DNA from: Marsupella aquatica
Taxonomy: Eukaryota > Plantae > Marchantiophyta
DNA length: 64,000 nt
NCBI GenBank assembly: GCA_973895155.1
Contig: OZ316892.1
Coordinates: 12,836,238 to 12,900,237 of the forward strand
Direction: 5' to 3'
A program made the position numbers and the translations under genes. The first letter of the stretch is position 1. Every line of letters begins with the position of its first letter. The notes under the pieces are model-generated. The model was not told where the DNA came from. It did no database searches and saw only the letters and a list, made by a program, of their open reading frames with translations. Positions 11,680-24,849 of this stretch are shown here, piece after piece.

Positions 11680-14600
11680 TCAGATGGACAAAGGTAGATG
11701 CCCCATTGAGCTGCGTTCGCACACATTACTGCGACACAAAGGACATACGCTGCAACCAAAAACTTCTTCAAGTCAGCCTGACATGCATTAGCACAACTGA
11801 GAAAAATCAATCTACTGCTTATATTTGCCTTGGTATCGGACTATCGAGACACGTATAAACAACCTTATATCAAAATATGAAGTTCCCCTGAGCTTTACTT
11901 GAAACACGCAACGTTAGCAAGCACTGAAAGGAACAAATTATAGATCGGGAAAGTTACCGATGAATTTCTTTCAGCCACTTGTCAACACAGGCCACGTGAT
12001 ATTCGTGATGGCATGGTAGGACCTTTACTTGATCCCCGTCTTCATACTCAACTAGGCAGATATTGCACCTGCCGCATGGTGTAACAATCCCTCCCACCAT
12101 CAGTTACGGAAGTGAAGTGGTTAGGAATACCTACCAACTCTCTTATTGAGGAATACAACATTTTAAGGCACCAACAGGGCGGACCGACCTTCTATCTGTT
12201 TAACATCACAATGTTGCTAGCAACTCGTGACGGAGGTCCCTTAATCTGCATAGATATTTAAGGAGCAGGTAAAATGTTGAAGGTCTTACCGAGTTGCTTC
12301 TTCCCACAACTTCTTAGTAAATTTTCTGATCGGGATTGCATCTACGACATTATCTGGAGCAGGCAATGATGTAACAGGAGCTGAAGTTCTCGAAAGAGCA
12401 ATAGACTGACGGTGAATTTCGTCAAGTACCTGCAACAATTAAGGCGCAGAAAAGTGTGAATAAGAACTGAGGGCAAGAGACTAGATCATACCGACCGTCT
12501 GTCACAACAGGTGTCCAGTGAGCAGTTCATTATGGAATGAAATAAAGAGCAGGCTGTGACACATACCTCAAACAAGGCTTCTGCTAACATGATGATCCGT
12601 GAAATGCTGGCTCTAGTGCTGGATTCTTCAGCACTAGTATGCAATCCGCAAGAGCAATGCGCATGATGATATCCCCCAGAAGTGCAAGGGCGAATGCCAC
12701 CAGAGCTTAGTCCATTGCTCAAGAGCTGCAGTGCCCAGACCTGATGAAAATGTTTGAAAGAAATGAGTTCAAAGACAGCACTGCTACATCAAGCTGACAA
12801 TGAGACTAAAAATCAGAGCAAGGACAAATTTACAAACAAAGACACTCTCACAACAATTTCGAGACCAGCTGATTCCGTTGACAGTGTGCACCATAATTTT
12901 GCTTTCTGTTGTTTCATGCCTGAATGCATACGAAGTACTACATACATGGTGCTGTTAGCACTAAGGAATTCCCACCTGCGATCGGACACGCCGCCTTCTC
13001 TCCTCCAGATCAAGACTTCGACTGTGAAAAGCTCGAAAATCCATGTGATCATTATCGTTTTCAGCCAAGCTGTCGGATACACTTTCAGCTATGGGAACGG
13101 TCGTTGGAGTAGCCCGACGATGAGAGGCTGCTCTGGTTAAAGTATCCCATAACCTCCTTCCCCCATTTCGCCGAGACTCTCGGCCACCGGCAGAAGGTGG
13201 ACTTGAGCTGGAGGCGGGTGGTGAACTTGTACGACTGGAAATGCCACTATGAAGTTCAGACCTGTGGAACGCTAAGTGTCTCTCCCAGGATTCGGAATAA
13301 ATTGAGTGCCTGTATTCGATAAACCTTCCCTCTTCGGTAATCTCCCATGCCTGTGAAGATGCAGGTGTTGACTCAATGGGAAATGCATCTCTCTCACTTC
13401 CTGATACTGAGATACTAGAATCACGTGCTCTGTGGTTATGCACCGTGGATGAATCCGCAGACAGGATACCTCTCCTCTCCAAATCATATATGTCCAAAGA
13501 TGGAGGTAAACCAGCATATCTCCGCAACCGTTCTTGCATTTCATTCACCCGGTGGTGCTGTACATTGGTTTCACAAACAGCCTGCAGACTAGACTGCGAG
13601 AGATCTGCTACGCTAGATACACCGTCCCGTCTGCTTGATTCTGATGATCCCAGCCTGGTAATCCAAGGAGGGTGACCCTCCAACCACAGATTACGAGAGT
13701 CCGTTGAAGCAATGCTTTGAGGTGGTCTAACCTCTGTACTATCAACAGAATCTATTTCTGGAGAGATTGAAACAGAGGGTGGGTTTTCCATGAACAGGCC
13801 CACACTGAATCTCCCACTATCAACATTCCTCGTACTATCTGGAACTTGCGCATTCGGTTCAGAAAAAGAAAGTGTTGAACTACTGCTCCCCTCAGTAGCT
13901 GCCCAGGAAGTTGTGTGTTGATCAGCTGCAGAGCAATGAGCCGGTATGCTACCCTCCACACTTCGAGAGCTTTCCTTGAATGCCCCAGGGTCCCGCCCTG
14001 ATATGCTCACCGGCGTCACAGGATCGATACTGGGAGTAGAAGTCTCAAGGTAACTTGTAGAGCTTGAACGTCCTCCGGGTAATCGGCTACGAAATCTCTC
14101 ACGTCCATTTGAACTCGCTCGTGTTTGAAACTATGCAAACGTCATGAGCGAAACTTTAGAATAGTCACTAACTCTTATCCATTGAAGCTTAATTAGGGAA
14201 GACTGGGCAATAAAGATCAGAAACAGTACAATATTCCAGGTTTACAATCCAACAGTAGAACGGTCAGTCCACCCAGACCACAGAATAAAGGCAAAGAGAC
14301 CAAGAGAGGCACATTTGGCATAATTCATAGTAGGTTAATAATAGTTGGGAAGGAGAACAGTCGGATCATATCCTCCTTGCAGACTTGCTAGTCTAAAGCC
14401 AAGCCACAAACCTGGATGATTTCGTACGAGACCACTGCAATAACCAAAACGGAGACGACACTACAAACCTGGGCGTGGTCACTACAGCGGTGCTCAACAG
14501 GATAACTGAGAAGAACTAAGATCTCCGTCCTGAGACGGATGAGGAAAGCGACCTACAATGAACAAGAGGAACACCCATGTTGGCATTAGCCAGTAGTGCA

Positions 14601-16096
14601 ACTATAGCCAGCTCACGATACCCTGCTCAAGTACGCATAGACTCTTTGTTCACCACATGAAAGAGTACCGGCTCGTACATTGAACCGCTATAAGAAGAAA
14701 ACCTGTGCTTGGGCGTAGTGTCTCTCGCTAGAACGTTGGACAAAGATATCTGCAGCATTCGGAACGAACAGCAGCGTTCTGTCACGAAATTGGATGGCGA
14801 CCTCTAGACCTTCACAGGCAGAGTTTTAACTGGGGTCTGACGTGAAGGCGTAATCGACTCATATCTACTGTCATCCAACTCCTTGCACCCTCATTTGCCT
14901 GCATTTGGACGACATTCGCCTACTCCAACTGGAAATCAAATGAGTAGCCAAGGGCAGACCCAGTGAGCAAAAGCTTTCACTGCCAGCACTGGTCGACCCC
15001 TCCAGATCTTGGGCAAAAAGGTAGTTAAATACATCCTGTAAATGATGCACGGAACGCCGTAACTTAGCTCTTTGTCTTCGAAAAACTAATGAAGCAGAGA
15101 CTGCCGGATACTTAACACGAGAAACGGCGTGAAAGTGTCAGCTCGGTTTAGGAGGCCTACCTAGGCAAGACTTACAGAGGAATTACCCGAGAATTCTGGC
15201 GAAAGCACTGAGGGAACCTATCAAATCCCGAATACACTAAGTGAAGACTAGACTCCCGGCTCGAGATTACGACGACAAAGCAGCACTCGACGATCCACAA
15301 CCCAGGGTAATTTGCCTCAATCAGGATTCACTGCAGGCGATGACCACATACGGCAGAGTCCACAAACTAGGCACGGAAATCTAGTGTCGACACTAAGAAC
15401 GAAGGTCAATTGCTATTCCGTTCCGCTGCAGCTAGCAACAAATCTTGAAAGCTTAAGCGGGAAGATTAGATATCCCAACGATTAATTATCCTTCAGTCCG
15501 AGAAATCGCTTCCTCCTTTTTTGCGGCTGGAGCTTTCCCGCAAGAGTTTCCCGCAAAAAGAGGGAACACGACAACCTACCGCCCGACCTGAGTACTTCCA
15601 AGAGACCACTATATGAGGGAGGCGACACATGATCTAACAGAGACGGAAGAATCAAGATCATATCTTACAATCTCACTGATCACCTGAGAGCTCTGACAAT
15701 CTGCAATATCCAAACAGAAGGCCCCTAAGCACAACTACCCACTGCACAGCAGTTCAGACTAAGAGCACTGTTAAGTAGGTTGCGTACTAATAGCTTCGAA
15801 GGTCGACAATCTGCGAACAACTATGACTAAACAGAAGAAAGAGCGCAGGAAACAATTCACCCTAAGACGTAAAATCCGAACACAAATCGTCCGCGGTGTG
15901 ACCGCTGCTCGCGTGGACGGATCGCATCTAGCGAGAAGAAGAAGAAGAAAGCAACCTCAGAAGTGCGGCCCAAGGCATCGGTGAAGTCGGATCCTCCGAC
16001 AGAGGTGCTGCCTCCATTTCTACTAGCAGCAGGGTAGTCTCCCCGATCTCGTCGTTCTGGCGCGTGTGAGACGTGCCGGCTGTTGCTGGATCCCAT
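11680..16096 (-). CDS. RING-H2 (C3H2C3) E3 ubiquitin ligase with long Ser-rich N-terminus, ~596 aa
   Basis: Exons 16096-15956, 14130-12976, 12740-12567, 12429-12290, 12068-11958 and 11749-11680, all GT-AG and in phase. Plant-conserved block [22 protein letters not shown]...SLPAP is followed by the [47 protein letters not shown]. The N-terminus MGSSNS fits the MGxxxS myristoylation pattern. Confidence 0.93.
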
Positions 16097-17214
16097 TCTC
16101 CCCAACAACCTACTCCCCCCAAAATTGCACGATTTCAAGCCCGCAAATCGAAGAAGGACGACAATATCCTAATTAACCACTAAAGACTCCAAGCCAGAGC
16201 TACCCAACACTGCCTCCCTCAAAAAGTTGAGGCTCCGCAGCAGATATCGTCGCAGTCCTTCTCTCATTCAACGGTACAGCTTGCCCGGTTCAGAAGTCGG
16301 GAATCGATGTCATCAGCGGATGGCAACACTGCAAGCCCATTTCAAGGTCGGAGAAACCTGTGCCCTCGGAGCATAACACAAACCAAACGAAATCCCACCG
16401 AAGCAGGCACTGCTACGGCGTATCGCTACTAATCCACTGTCGCAGCGCACCAGCCTTCCTGTTTCGTTCCCTACACTTAATCGTCCGGACTGCATTTCTC
16501 CGACGAAACCTTGTTGCTATGCCCCTGCCAATGATGAGAAGAATCCCACACCATGCGAAGACGAAAGGTCGCCAGTTCCTATTCTCAAAACGTGTCCCGC
16601 ATGACTCGAGAGCTCACATGACGAGCCAATAACTCAGGACCGGTGCAGCACCACTCTTCCTTTTTCCTCGTCCCTTCTCTCGTACGATAAGGCAATACTC
16701 CTCCTCCTCCTTCTCCTGCTGCACTAGTCCTGATCCTTTCTTGCTGCAAGCAAAAGCAGCTGCTGCCATCGTGCTCCCTACTCGCTCTTGCTATGGCAAC
16801 CTTTAAAACTTTTATTATATCTTCCGTGCGAACAGTAACTTCCTCGCCACTTCTGCCTCCGCTCCACAGAATTCTTCCTCGGGGAGGCACTCCCTCAGCA
16901 CTCACCTGCTCTGCTCTTTTCTTCTCTATGCTTTCAACTCAATGCTTCTCTTTTCTGCGCTCCGCACTTGCTCCACATCATATCTGCAGCGCGCGCTTGT
17001 TCGACCTGGTCTGCACATTACCATGGAGGAAGGCTGTACGCCATGACTCTATCGCTTCGCCTCCGCGCTCCGTGGCCGACAATGCAAGTCGAGGCTCGCT
17101 CGATCACTCCCTCCAACAGTCCAACGACTGTACTCTGCGCCGTGTCCTGTGTCCAGCAGCGACCCCATCGCCTCATTATTACGAGCTTTCATTTCAGTGG
17201 TAAATTGACATCAC

Positions 17215-17860
17215 AGTGTGATCAGAGGGGGCTGGTCGGGACCCCACACTACTACGACCATCTGAAAAGACCGGGGGGGCGTCAATCGGTGGTCCGATCT
17301 TGCTGTTCATCCATGACCGCTGGATCTGTCCCAAAAAAGCAGAGAACCGAAAAAGTCTTCTAGAGCTAGACAAAATATTGAACCCATTTGTGGGTAGGGG
17401 GGTATATATCCCACCGCTAGAGAACAAAAAGGTCATTAGTGGATACCCGATTGTATATCACACTGCCGAACACTATGGCAACCTGCAAAGAACAGGGGCG
17501 TCAATCGGTGGTCCGATCTTGCTGTTCGTCCATGACCGCTGGATCTGTCCCAAAAAGCAGAGAACCAAAAAATGTCTCCTAGAGCTAGCAACAATGAATC
17601 CATTTGTGGGTACCCGGGTATATAACCCACCGCCAGGGCTAACCCCCATCATTAGTGGGTACCTGGATGTATTTCACACCGCCAAAGAACAAAAAAGGCT
17701 AACCCCATCATTGGTCGGTACCCGAGTGTATATCACACGGCTAGAGAACAAATGGGCTAGCCCCCTACACTTTGATGATCTGCAAAGAACAAAAGCATCA
17801 ATCGGTGGTCCAATCTTGCTGTTCACCATGACAGGAGTATCTGTCCCAAAAGCAGATCTG
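17215..17860. repeat. Three diverged tandem copies of a ~220-300 bp unit
   Basis: tcaatcggtggtcc(g/a)atcttgctgttc...atctgtcccaaaa occurs at ~17282, ~17501 and ~17798, with internal aaccc...gtatatcacac subrepeats. Confidence 0.85.
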
Positions 17861-18799
17861 TTTTGGCTCTGGTTGAACCCTGGCTTATCTGTTTTGGGGC
17901 TCTGGTTTAACCCTCTCTCCCTCATGGCATGGGTACTTGTACTACAACGATGGTCTGGGTTGGGCTTATAGTCTAAACTTTTGGAAAAGGGAAAAGTGTA
18001 AAGGATGTCACTGTCCATGGGAATATTTATAGTTCACTAGCCTGTTTCATTAAGCTTCAATTTTGTGAAGAGGATGACTGGACTAGTGGGACTGGCAATT
18101 CAAATATTCTTTTTTGTCTCAATGGAGTATTTCACCCTAATCCAGTTCAAAGCTTTTGAACACTCAACAAGTGAACAATTTGATGTAATTTTGGTGTTAT
18201 TTCTTAATTTTATTTTAAATTAAAGGAGAAATCTGTGAAACCCCACAAAATGGGAAGAGTCAACCACAATAGTTGAATCCAACACCTATCAGTCTTTGCT
18301 CAAGTGAGTTACCACAAAGTCATGCCTCTCTGGGCGGGTCTCTGCGCTGGTGTTATTTTTAGGCAAGGCAGCATGAAAGGTGCCCTCCTTTGTCTATTTT
18401 TATATTTATAACTAGACAATCCTAATTGTGTGTGCATTATACAGTTGTGGCCATGTTGTCATTGCAAACGTGTAGTACTAAATTGTTTTCTCCCTATGTG
18501 ATCCATTGTGTCCATTGCTATGATGTGTGTATCATGGTGGTATTTTTGTCTGCTCAACATGGATACCTTAAGTGGGAGGATATGTTAGTATATATTTTTG
18601 CACTATTTCAATTGTCATTCTTGAGCCAGATTTAGTCCTCTTCATTTTTATTTTGGGGAAAAGGGAAGGGAAACCTTGCCCACAACAATGACCAAGAAGA
18701 AGACACAAGAGACTTTCAGTACTCCATCATAAATGACAAAGCCGTGACTTGTTACAAATCCAACAAAGAGAAAGAGAAAAATTATGCCACAGTGTTTTT

Positions 18800-19540
18800 A
18801 AAGGTTCCTAGCCCCGACTACCCGTTGACTACCCGTTCTTTGAACGTGAATAGAGGGGAGGACAATAAAAATATCACCAAAATATATACCTTTCTCAATT
18901 CTTTGAATGATAAACAAAATCATCATGCATGTCATCATTTTAATAATCATACATAACATGCACATATGCCCATAGGGAGTCAGGCCGGGGCGAGAGGCAG
19001 GAGCAAGCACATTGGGACCAACGGGAGGGCGAGGCAGGGCGTGGACCGAGGGGAGGGCGAGAGGCAGGGGCGAGTGCATCCGGAACGAAGGGAGGGCGAG
19101 GCATCGTGAGGGCCAGCGAGGCATTGCGAGTATTGATGCCCATCAATGTATATTGCGAGAGGCAGGGGCATGGGAGGCCTTTCCAGAGAGGGCAAGTGCT
19201 AATTAACTGGATACAAAAATCCCCTAAAATATCTAATGGCCAATTTTGATTCCTGCCGATTCTGGATTTCATAACGGGACGAAGGACGAAAGCAGGCGGG
19301 ATCCCTTATTATAGTTGTAGATGTTATGGTGGGGACATAGAGTACATTTTTTGAAAGTAAATAAAAATCATATCAAGAAGCATACATGGTAATTATCATT
19401 TGGCATATATCATAGTCATAAGTTTTCTCATTCTCATGGTTAGCCATGGAGTTACAGTCTAGTGATTTCACTCTAGAAGCCTAGCCCCCAACCCTAGGTT
19501 GTAGTTGACGCTTTATAAGTAGAATAGGGTTGTGTTGATG
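18800..19540. mobile_element. Dispersed non-autonomous repeat copy carrying a ~350-bp GC-rich nested insertion (18969-19320)
   Basis: Aligns with 31020-31385 (tagccccgactacccgtt...catcatgcatgtcatcattttaataat...gccatggagttacagtctag). That copy has the empty site gcacatatgttatggtgg. Confidence 0.7.
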
Positions 19541-19754
19541 TAAACAGTAAATGTCCTGACAACACCCTCTTGGGCAGGTAATATATATCTTCAAATTAAC
19601 CCCTCCTCCAACCCTTAGGTCTGTAAATGTTTGCAGGACCTCCCTCCCAACAGTACATATGTGAATGCAGTATTGTTTTTAAACAGAGAACTACTGTAGG
19701 TTGGTAAACAAAATATCTCTTGCCTGCTCGTTAACTTTTGTCCAGACTGTGTTA

Positions 19755-20010
19755 TGCACCATAAGGACTGCCTGGGCTGGGGTTCTGGACTTGACCCCTT
19801 TCTTGGGACTGTATTTATGTACCATAAGGATAAGGACGGCCTGGGCTGGGGTTCTGGACTGGACCCTGTTCTCGGAAAAAGGCCCCGGCTACTGCCAGTC
19901 AGTTTTTCTTCATTTTCTTGTCACAGGATTTCAGTTTCTTCACTTTCTTGTCACAGGATTCGAGCCTAGTAACCCAACCCTATGCCCAGACAGTCATTAT
20001 CCTATACCCA
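19755..20010. mobile_element. Small TIR (MITE-like) element with duplicated left arm
   Basis: ataaggac(t/g)gcctgggctggggtt at ~19761 and ~19830 is the imperfect reverse complement of aaccctatgcccagacagtcattat at ~19976-20000. A minimal copy is present at 24583-24640. Confidence 0.55.
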
Positions 20011-21118
20011 ATTGGTGTCTGAACGTGTACAAATAAGTTTTGAGTTGAATTCACTACACAGCCTCACAGTTTAGGGACCCCAAGGTCTGGGGAGAAATAT
20101 GCTGTGACCACAGAGAACTTTAATAAGAGAGCTTTGCGAGCATTGACTAATAATAAGTACTCTTTTGAAGATCTTCGTGCGATTTGCCAATTCGGTGACT
20201 GCGTGCTTGTTGAATGAGAGCTTTCGATCTCAAGTAACTCTTGCAGTATGCAAGGCCACTTGACCCTGAAAGTCACCCATCAGAATTCACTGGTACTGTT
20301 TTCCACGAGCTAGATACCAAATCCGAAGCATATGGAAGGGCAGGGCGTGATAATTGGAGCCATATGTTCTAGTTCAATTGAAACTGCATACATCTTCAGA
20401 CCTCAATCCGCCTCACTCAGAAAAGATCTAAGTCTGTTTTTCCCCATATATTGCCCCATTAGCTAACTGAAAATGAAAAAGTACTCTTTACGAGTATTCG
20501 TGTAATTTACACATTCTGTCGTTGATTGTAGTAATTTCTATCTCAAATGACATGGGTACAAGCTTTGGCGATGTTGCTGTTGGGATAGCCTCTGAAAGCC
20601 ACTCGACCCTGAACTTGCATGAAGTCACCCATCAGAATTCACTGGTAGTCGTTTCCTTAGGACGAAACTACACTCTTTCACAATGCAGAGAAGTAAGAAA
20701 AATTCGATGGCACCAAAGGCACTGTCACTCCAGTGAGGCGGGATAATTGGAGTGGAGCTAATAAGTAATGAACTATATATTCGAGCAAATGTTCAAATCA
20801 GACAACTTTAGCTCCCGTAAACCTCAACCCGTCTCTCTCTAGAAACATCCAAGTCTGTTCGTTCCCATGCCTTGCCCTACTTTAAGTCAAAATTGCTTCA
20901 TGACCACCGATCAGCAGAAGAGCACTTTCTCTGCAACGGCATTGAATTTCATATGGTTTGTGGTTGCATTTTACTTGCGTTGTCTAAAACGTGCTCTACT
21001 CTTCCAAAGGGAAGCTAAAGTTCCACGAGTGGATCCGTGACTTCTAACTATCTCAAGTCTGAAAGCAATTTCGTATGCTTTGATGCTCGTGACCTCACAT
21101 AGGTGAATATGCTCCCAT

Positions 21119-23275
21119 TTACCTGTCTACATACATATCAAGAAAGGCCCGTGCTACATTTTGGAACCTTGGATTGGCACTACTAGAGGCGTATGCTCGC
21201 AGACTATCCACCACCAGTGCAATCAAAATATCTGCAAGAAGAGTAGTGTCAGCGAAGCAGCTCCCGATCATATAATCTCAAAATCCACTTCCTGGACGAC
21301 TAATTGCCAAAACCTGGAGACCAACCTATGAATCTCCTTTTGCCAACCAACTTAGAATTTAGAGACATGGCCCTCAGGATGTTGGCATTAATATTACCTT
21401 TTCTAGTTGCATGTGTACACAAATAGTACAAGCTGGCCATAGTAGACAACACCTGCAGCCACGGGATCACAAATCACTTCTTATTGTTTTAACAGACTGT
21501 AAAAGGCATACAAGTGCTTTTACGTAAGACTCCTGTTCTGACAGTTGCTTTGAGAGGACAAGGAACAACTGTGTGATGGTCACAAAGGTAGGAGCATGCT
21601 CCCCGGATGGAGGGTCATCCACAATGGTAGGATACGCGTACTCGCAAACAAGATCGAGAAAGACACTTCTACTAGCCTGTACAGTTCAATTCAGGCTCCA
21701 CACAAATACCCTGACTGTAGAAGTGGTGATAAAATTCAAGGTGAGATGATGAAATTACTATATTCTCTACAAACAGCGTTCGCAGGATCTGCAGTTGTCA
21801 AAATCCGAAGATTGATAGCAAAGTAATCTTCAGATGACATTTCCTCTTCAACAAGAATTGTCACTGTCACTACTTGCACCTGATTTCTAGCTGTGGTTGT
21901 CTAACCATGAGGCTTTCAGCATACTAGCACCTGTTAACAAAACAAATCCGATTGTCGAAGATTGTTCCAGACAACACTTGAAATAGATACGAGAGGAGCT
22001 CCAGCATCTAAAAGCTTTTAGAGTGTGCAAACGATCGTCACCAGGAGCGCAGTTGCAGATTCCAGCAACGCCAAACTTCACCAGCTTTCTCATTGGGCTC
22101 CGTTAAGCAGTCCATGAACAAATCCAGTACGTGAAGCTGCAAGAAAAGTAGTCACCAAGTCTTCGATGTCTCAGAAGAAAAGCATTCCAAGCAAATGCAT
22201 ATCTGGCATAACCCTAAATTACCATAATGTAATTGCCGTTCTTAGCACAAATGAAACAAACAAGCAGCGATTCTTCAGCACATTTTGATCGCAGACAGTA
22301 GCAGGGCCAAATCAGAGCTTTTGTCATCGTTGACGTTAGCAGGCAGAGAAAAATAAGGAATAAAAACCAGAAGAATTTAAGCCACACAGCCGTATTCAGG
22401 CACCCTGACACCAAGAATAGGGGTGTCTCAGTTAACAGCCCTTCCAATGCCAACGGTGCAAGTCTGTAAGGAAGTTGAAAAGTGCAAAAGGAACCAACCT
22501 TGCGCAAATAGTCATAATTAAATGGGTCATAGGCAAAGTTGCCCAAATTGGCTACAATTTGTTCTTGGGCTTCTGCAGGAATTTTGACAGACACACGTCA
22601 GTATAAATCCGAAAAACAAGAGCTTTCAACACCTGGTAGCTGTCGAAGATTTTGATGAAGGGAAAGCCTGATAAATCACGATTTCTGAATTTCAATCCTG
22701 AAATTCAGGACCAATGTTCAGGGTCTGTTATAATGATGAAGTTGAAGAGGATCAATCAACAGCGTACCATACGGACAAAGAACAAGAATGGCATTTGATT
22801 GGAGTTTCTACCCTCGCTTACAATATGTTAAAATTCTGTCACAAGATCCTGCAATAACACCGACGGGCCAATGCTTCTTGTTTAGCATACAATAAAAATT
22901 GCAAGTGTCTACTGCTTAGCCTTAAACCAACTCAATTCTGGTTCACCACTGTGATTTTATCCTCTAGGAAAACTCTTTTCTTCATATAAAAGGGAACAGA
23001 GAAAGAATGAATGCTTGGAAACTTTAAAGACACAGAGATAGACAGTGAATAAATACTTCAAAGCCCACAGATCAAAAAGGACCGGGTCGCAAGAGCGCCA
23101 CAGATAATTAAAAATGCAAGAGCGAGTGCCAGAGAGAAAGAATGAACTGAATCTACAGTCGAACATGGATGCCGAAGTTGGCCTAGCCATAGTTCCAACC
23201 AACCCGAAGGTGCTCGTCTCGAGTGGTGCCGTATTTTCCCGTCCGTTCCTTCTGCCGCTCATGGTTGCTGAACAT
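21119..23275 (-). pseudogene. ARMC7: ARMC7 (armadillo repeat-containing protein 7) pseudogene
   Basis: Exons 23275-23204 (MFSNHERQKERTGKYGTTRDEHLR), 22848-22812 (DLVTEF*HIVSE, TAA at 22830-22828), 22572-22499 (EAQEQIVANLGNFAYDPFNYDYLRK), 22136-22042 (LHVLDLFMDCLTEPNE, then a +1 frameshift near 22087, then KLVKFGVAGICNCAP), a decayed exon from 21788 (DPANAV...), 21452-21398 (VLSTMASLYYLCTHATRK) and 21231-21119 (DILIALVVDSLRAYASSSANPRFQNVARAFLDMYVDR*). IVANLxNFAYDPxNY is characteristic of ARMC7. Confidence 0.88.
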
Positions 23276-24849
23276 CTTCCTCCTCTCCCCTTTCCTGCTT
23301 GGCTGCTGCCTCCTGCTGGTGCGACAAGGGGCCAGAGATTTTGCAAAGTACTTCTAATGGGGGCCCGCAAAGAAAAGAACACATTTAACGAGGGTGAAGA
23401 AATCGATCGATTAAAGCTTGGGTCTTCCTGTTCTCAGTGTACCGACATTTGTGAATCGTATATACATTTTTGCTTTATCAAGCTACAATTCAGAGATTGC
23501 ACCTAAAAACTGGGGCATCGACAAGAGCTATGATAGGTTTTTTGAAGTTGACAATTTCCTCTCTGCAGCTTCAATTGGCCTTCACTGTCAAATGTCTATA
23601 CTTTCTCGTCAAGCTAAAGTGCAAATACACAGAAGATTAACGTTGATTCTAGAATCTATCACCAGTCACTGCACACCAGGTAGATAGATTCTATAGTGAA
23701 TCTATCTCCGTTACATTGTGACTGCTATAACTAAACTGGGGAAATTGTATAACTCAATTTCTGTTTCAAGAACTAGCCCATCGAGCAGCAAGCATTCAGA
23801 ATGAAATTTTGAAATAGCACTTCTTATCTAGTGCTTCTCTCTACGAACTGAGAAGAGAGAAGATGTCCAGGCCTTCTAAGGTCTAGCGAGCTCACTACAG
23901 TCTGAGAGACAAAACAAACTCACTGAAAGATTGAGCTACATAATTATTATATCAGACTAGCTGACCAGCACTTGACTGTATTAGAGAATCATACTTCTCA
24001 CATCGTGGTTGTTAATCAGTTCATTGGAAATGGCGACGTGTCCGCTTGTACTGTTGGCTCGTGCTCACTAAGGAACCCGCGTGGCTCCATTGCGAGTTAA
24101 ATGTACATCTAGGTCAAGTTAATACACTAATACACTCAGAACACCATAACAATACAATATATTTATGATCTACAAACCAAATGATTTGAATGACGTGTGT
24201 GGTGGTTTTAGTTCTGGTTGTACTGCCGACGTAGATTTAATGCGCGGTTGAGACTCCTCGCATTCACACCGGTAGATTCTGCCGGGTGGTTTTTGTGTGG
24301 TTTTTGTGAGCGTTTGATCATGCTGGGATCCTCACAGTTGCACCAATGGTCTCCCCGGTTGATTCGGCTTTTCCCCTGCGGAATGACACAAACACACGGA
24401 AGGAAGTACTCATTAGGGGTCTCAAATATGGAGCCATTTCTCTCTTCAGCTGGATAGGGCCACTAATCCTAGATTAGGTACTCAACAAAAGCTATGTGTG
24501 TGCTAGGATTTATGGATGCTTATGCTATATCCATAATGTCATGTCCAAAATTAAGCTTTTTTGTAGACTATATTTACCTACTATAAGGATTGCCTGGGCT
24601 GGGGTTCTAGACTTAACCCTATGCCCAGACAGTCCTTATCCTATACATTATGTGACCTTGGACAGGTACCCAGACTTAGGTTTCTGAAGCCAGGACCAGG
24701 TGGGAGGAAGTGGCCAACTAAAAACCAAAAACTGAGGTGTATAGTTTACTGAGGACCCTGCCCAAAATGGTGGGGCACCTCTCTAATCAGGGCCCATATT
24801 TTTTACCTCCTGGGAACCTCACCAATGCACTGACCTCCAAAACTGAGAT

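Noticed and set aside
19950-20020. tRNA or tRNA-derived SINE head on the minus strand (ggctcgaatcctg B-box-like)
   Set aside because: No cloverleaf can be built; only a short motif inside a TIR repeat matches.
22828-22830. TAA reassigned to Gln, or U-to-C editing, rescuing ARMC7
   Set aside because: TAA is the normal terminator of CIPK and subunit G here, and ARMC7 also has an independent frameshift and a decayed exon.
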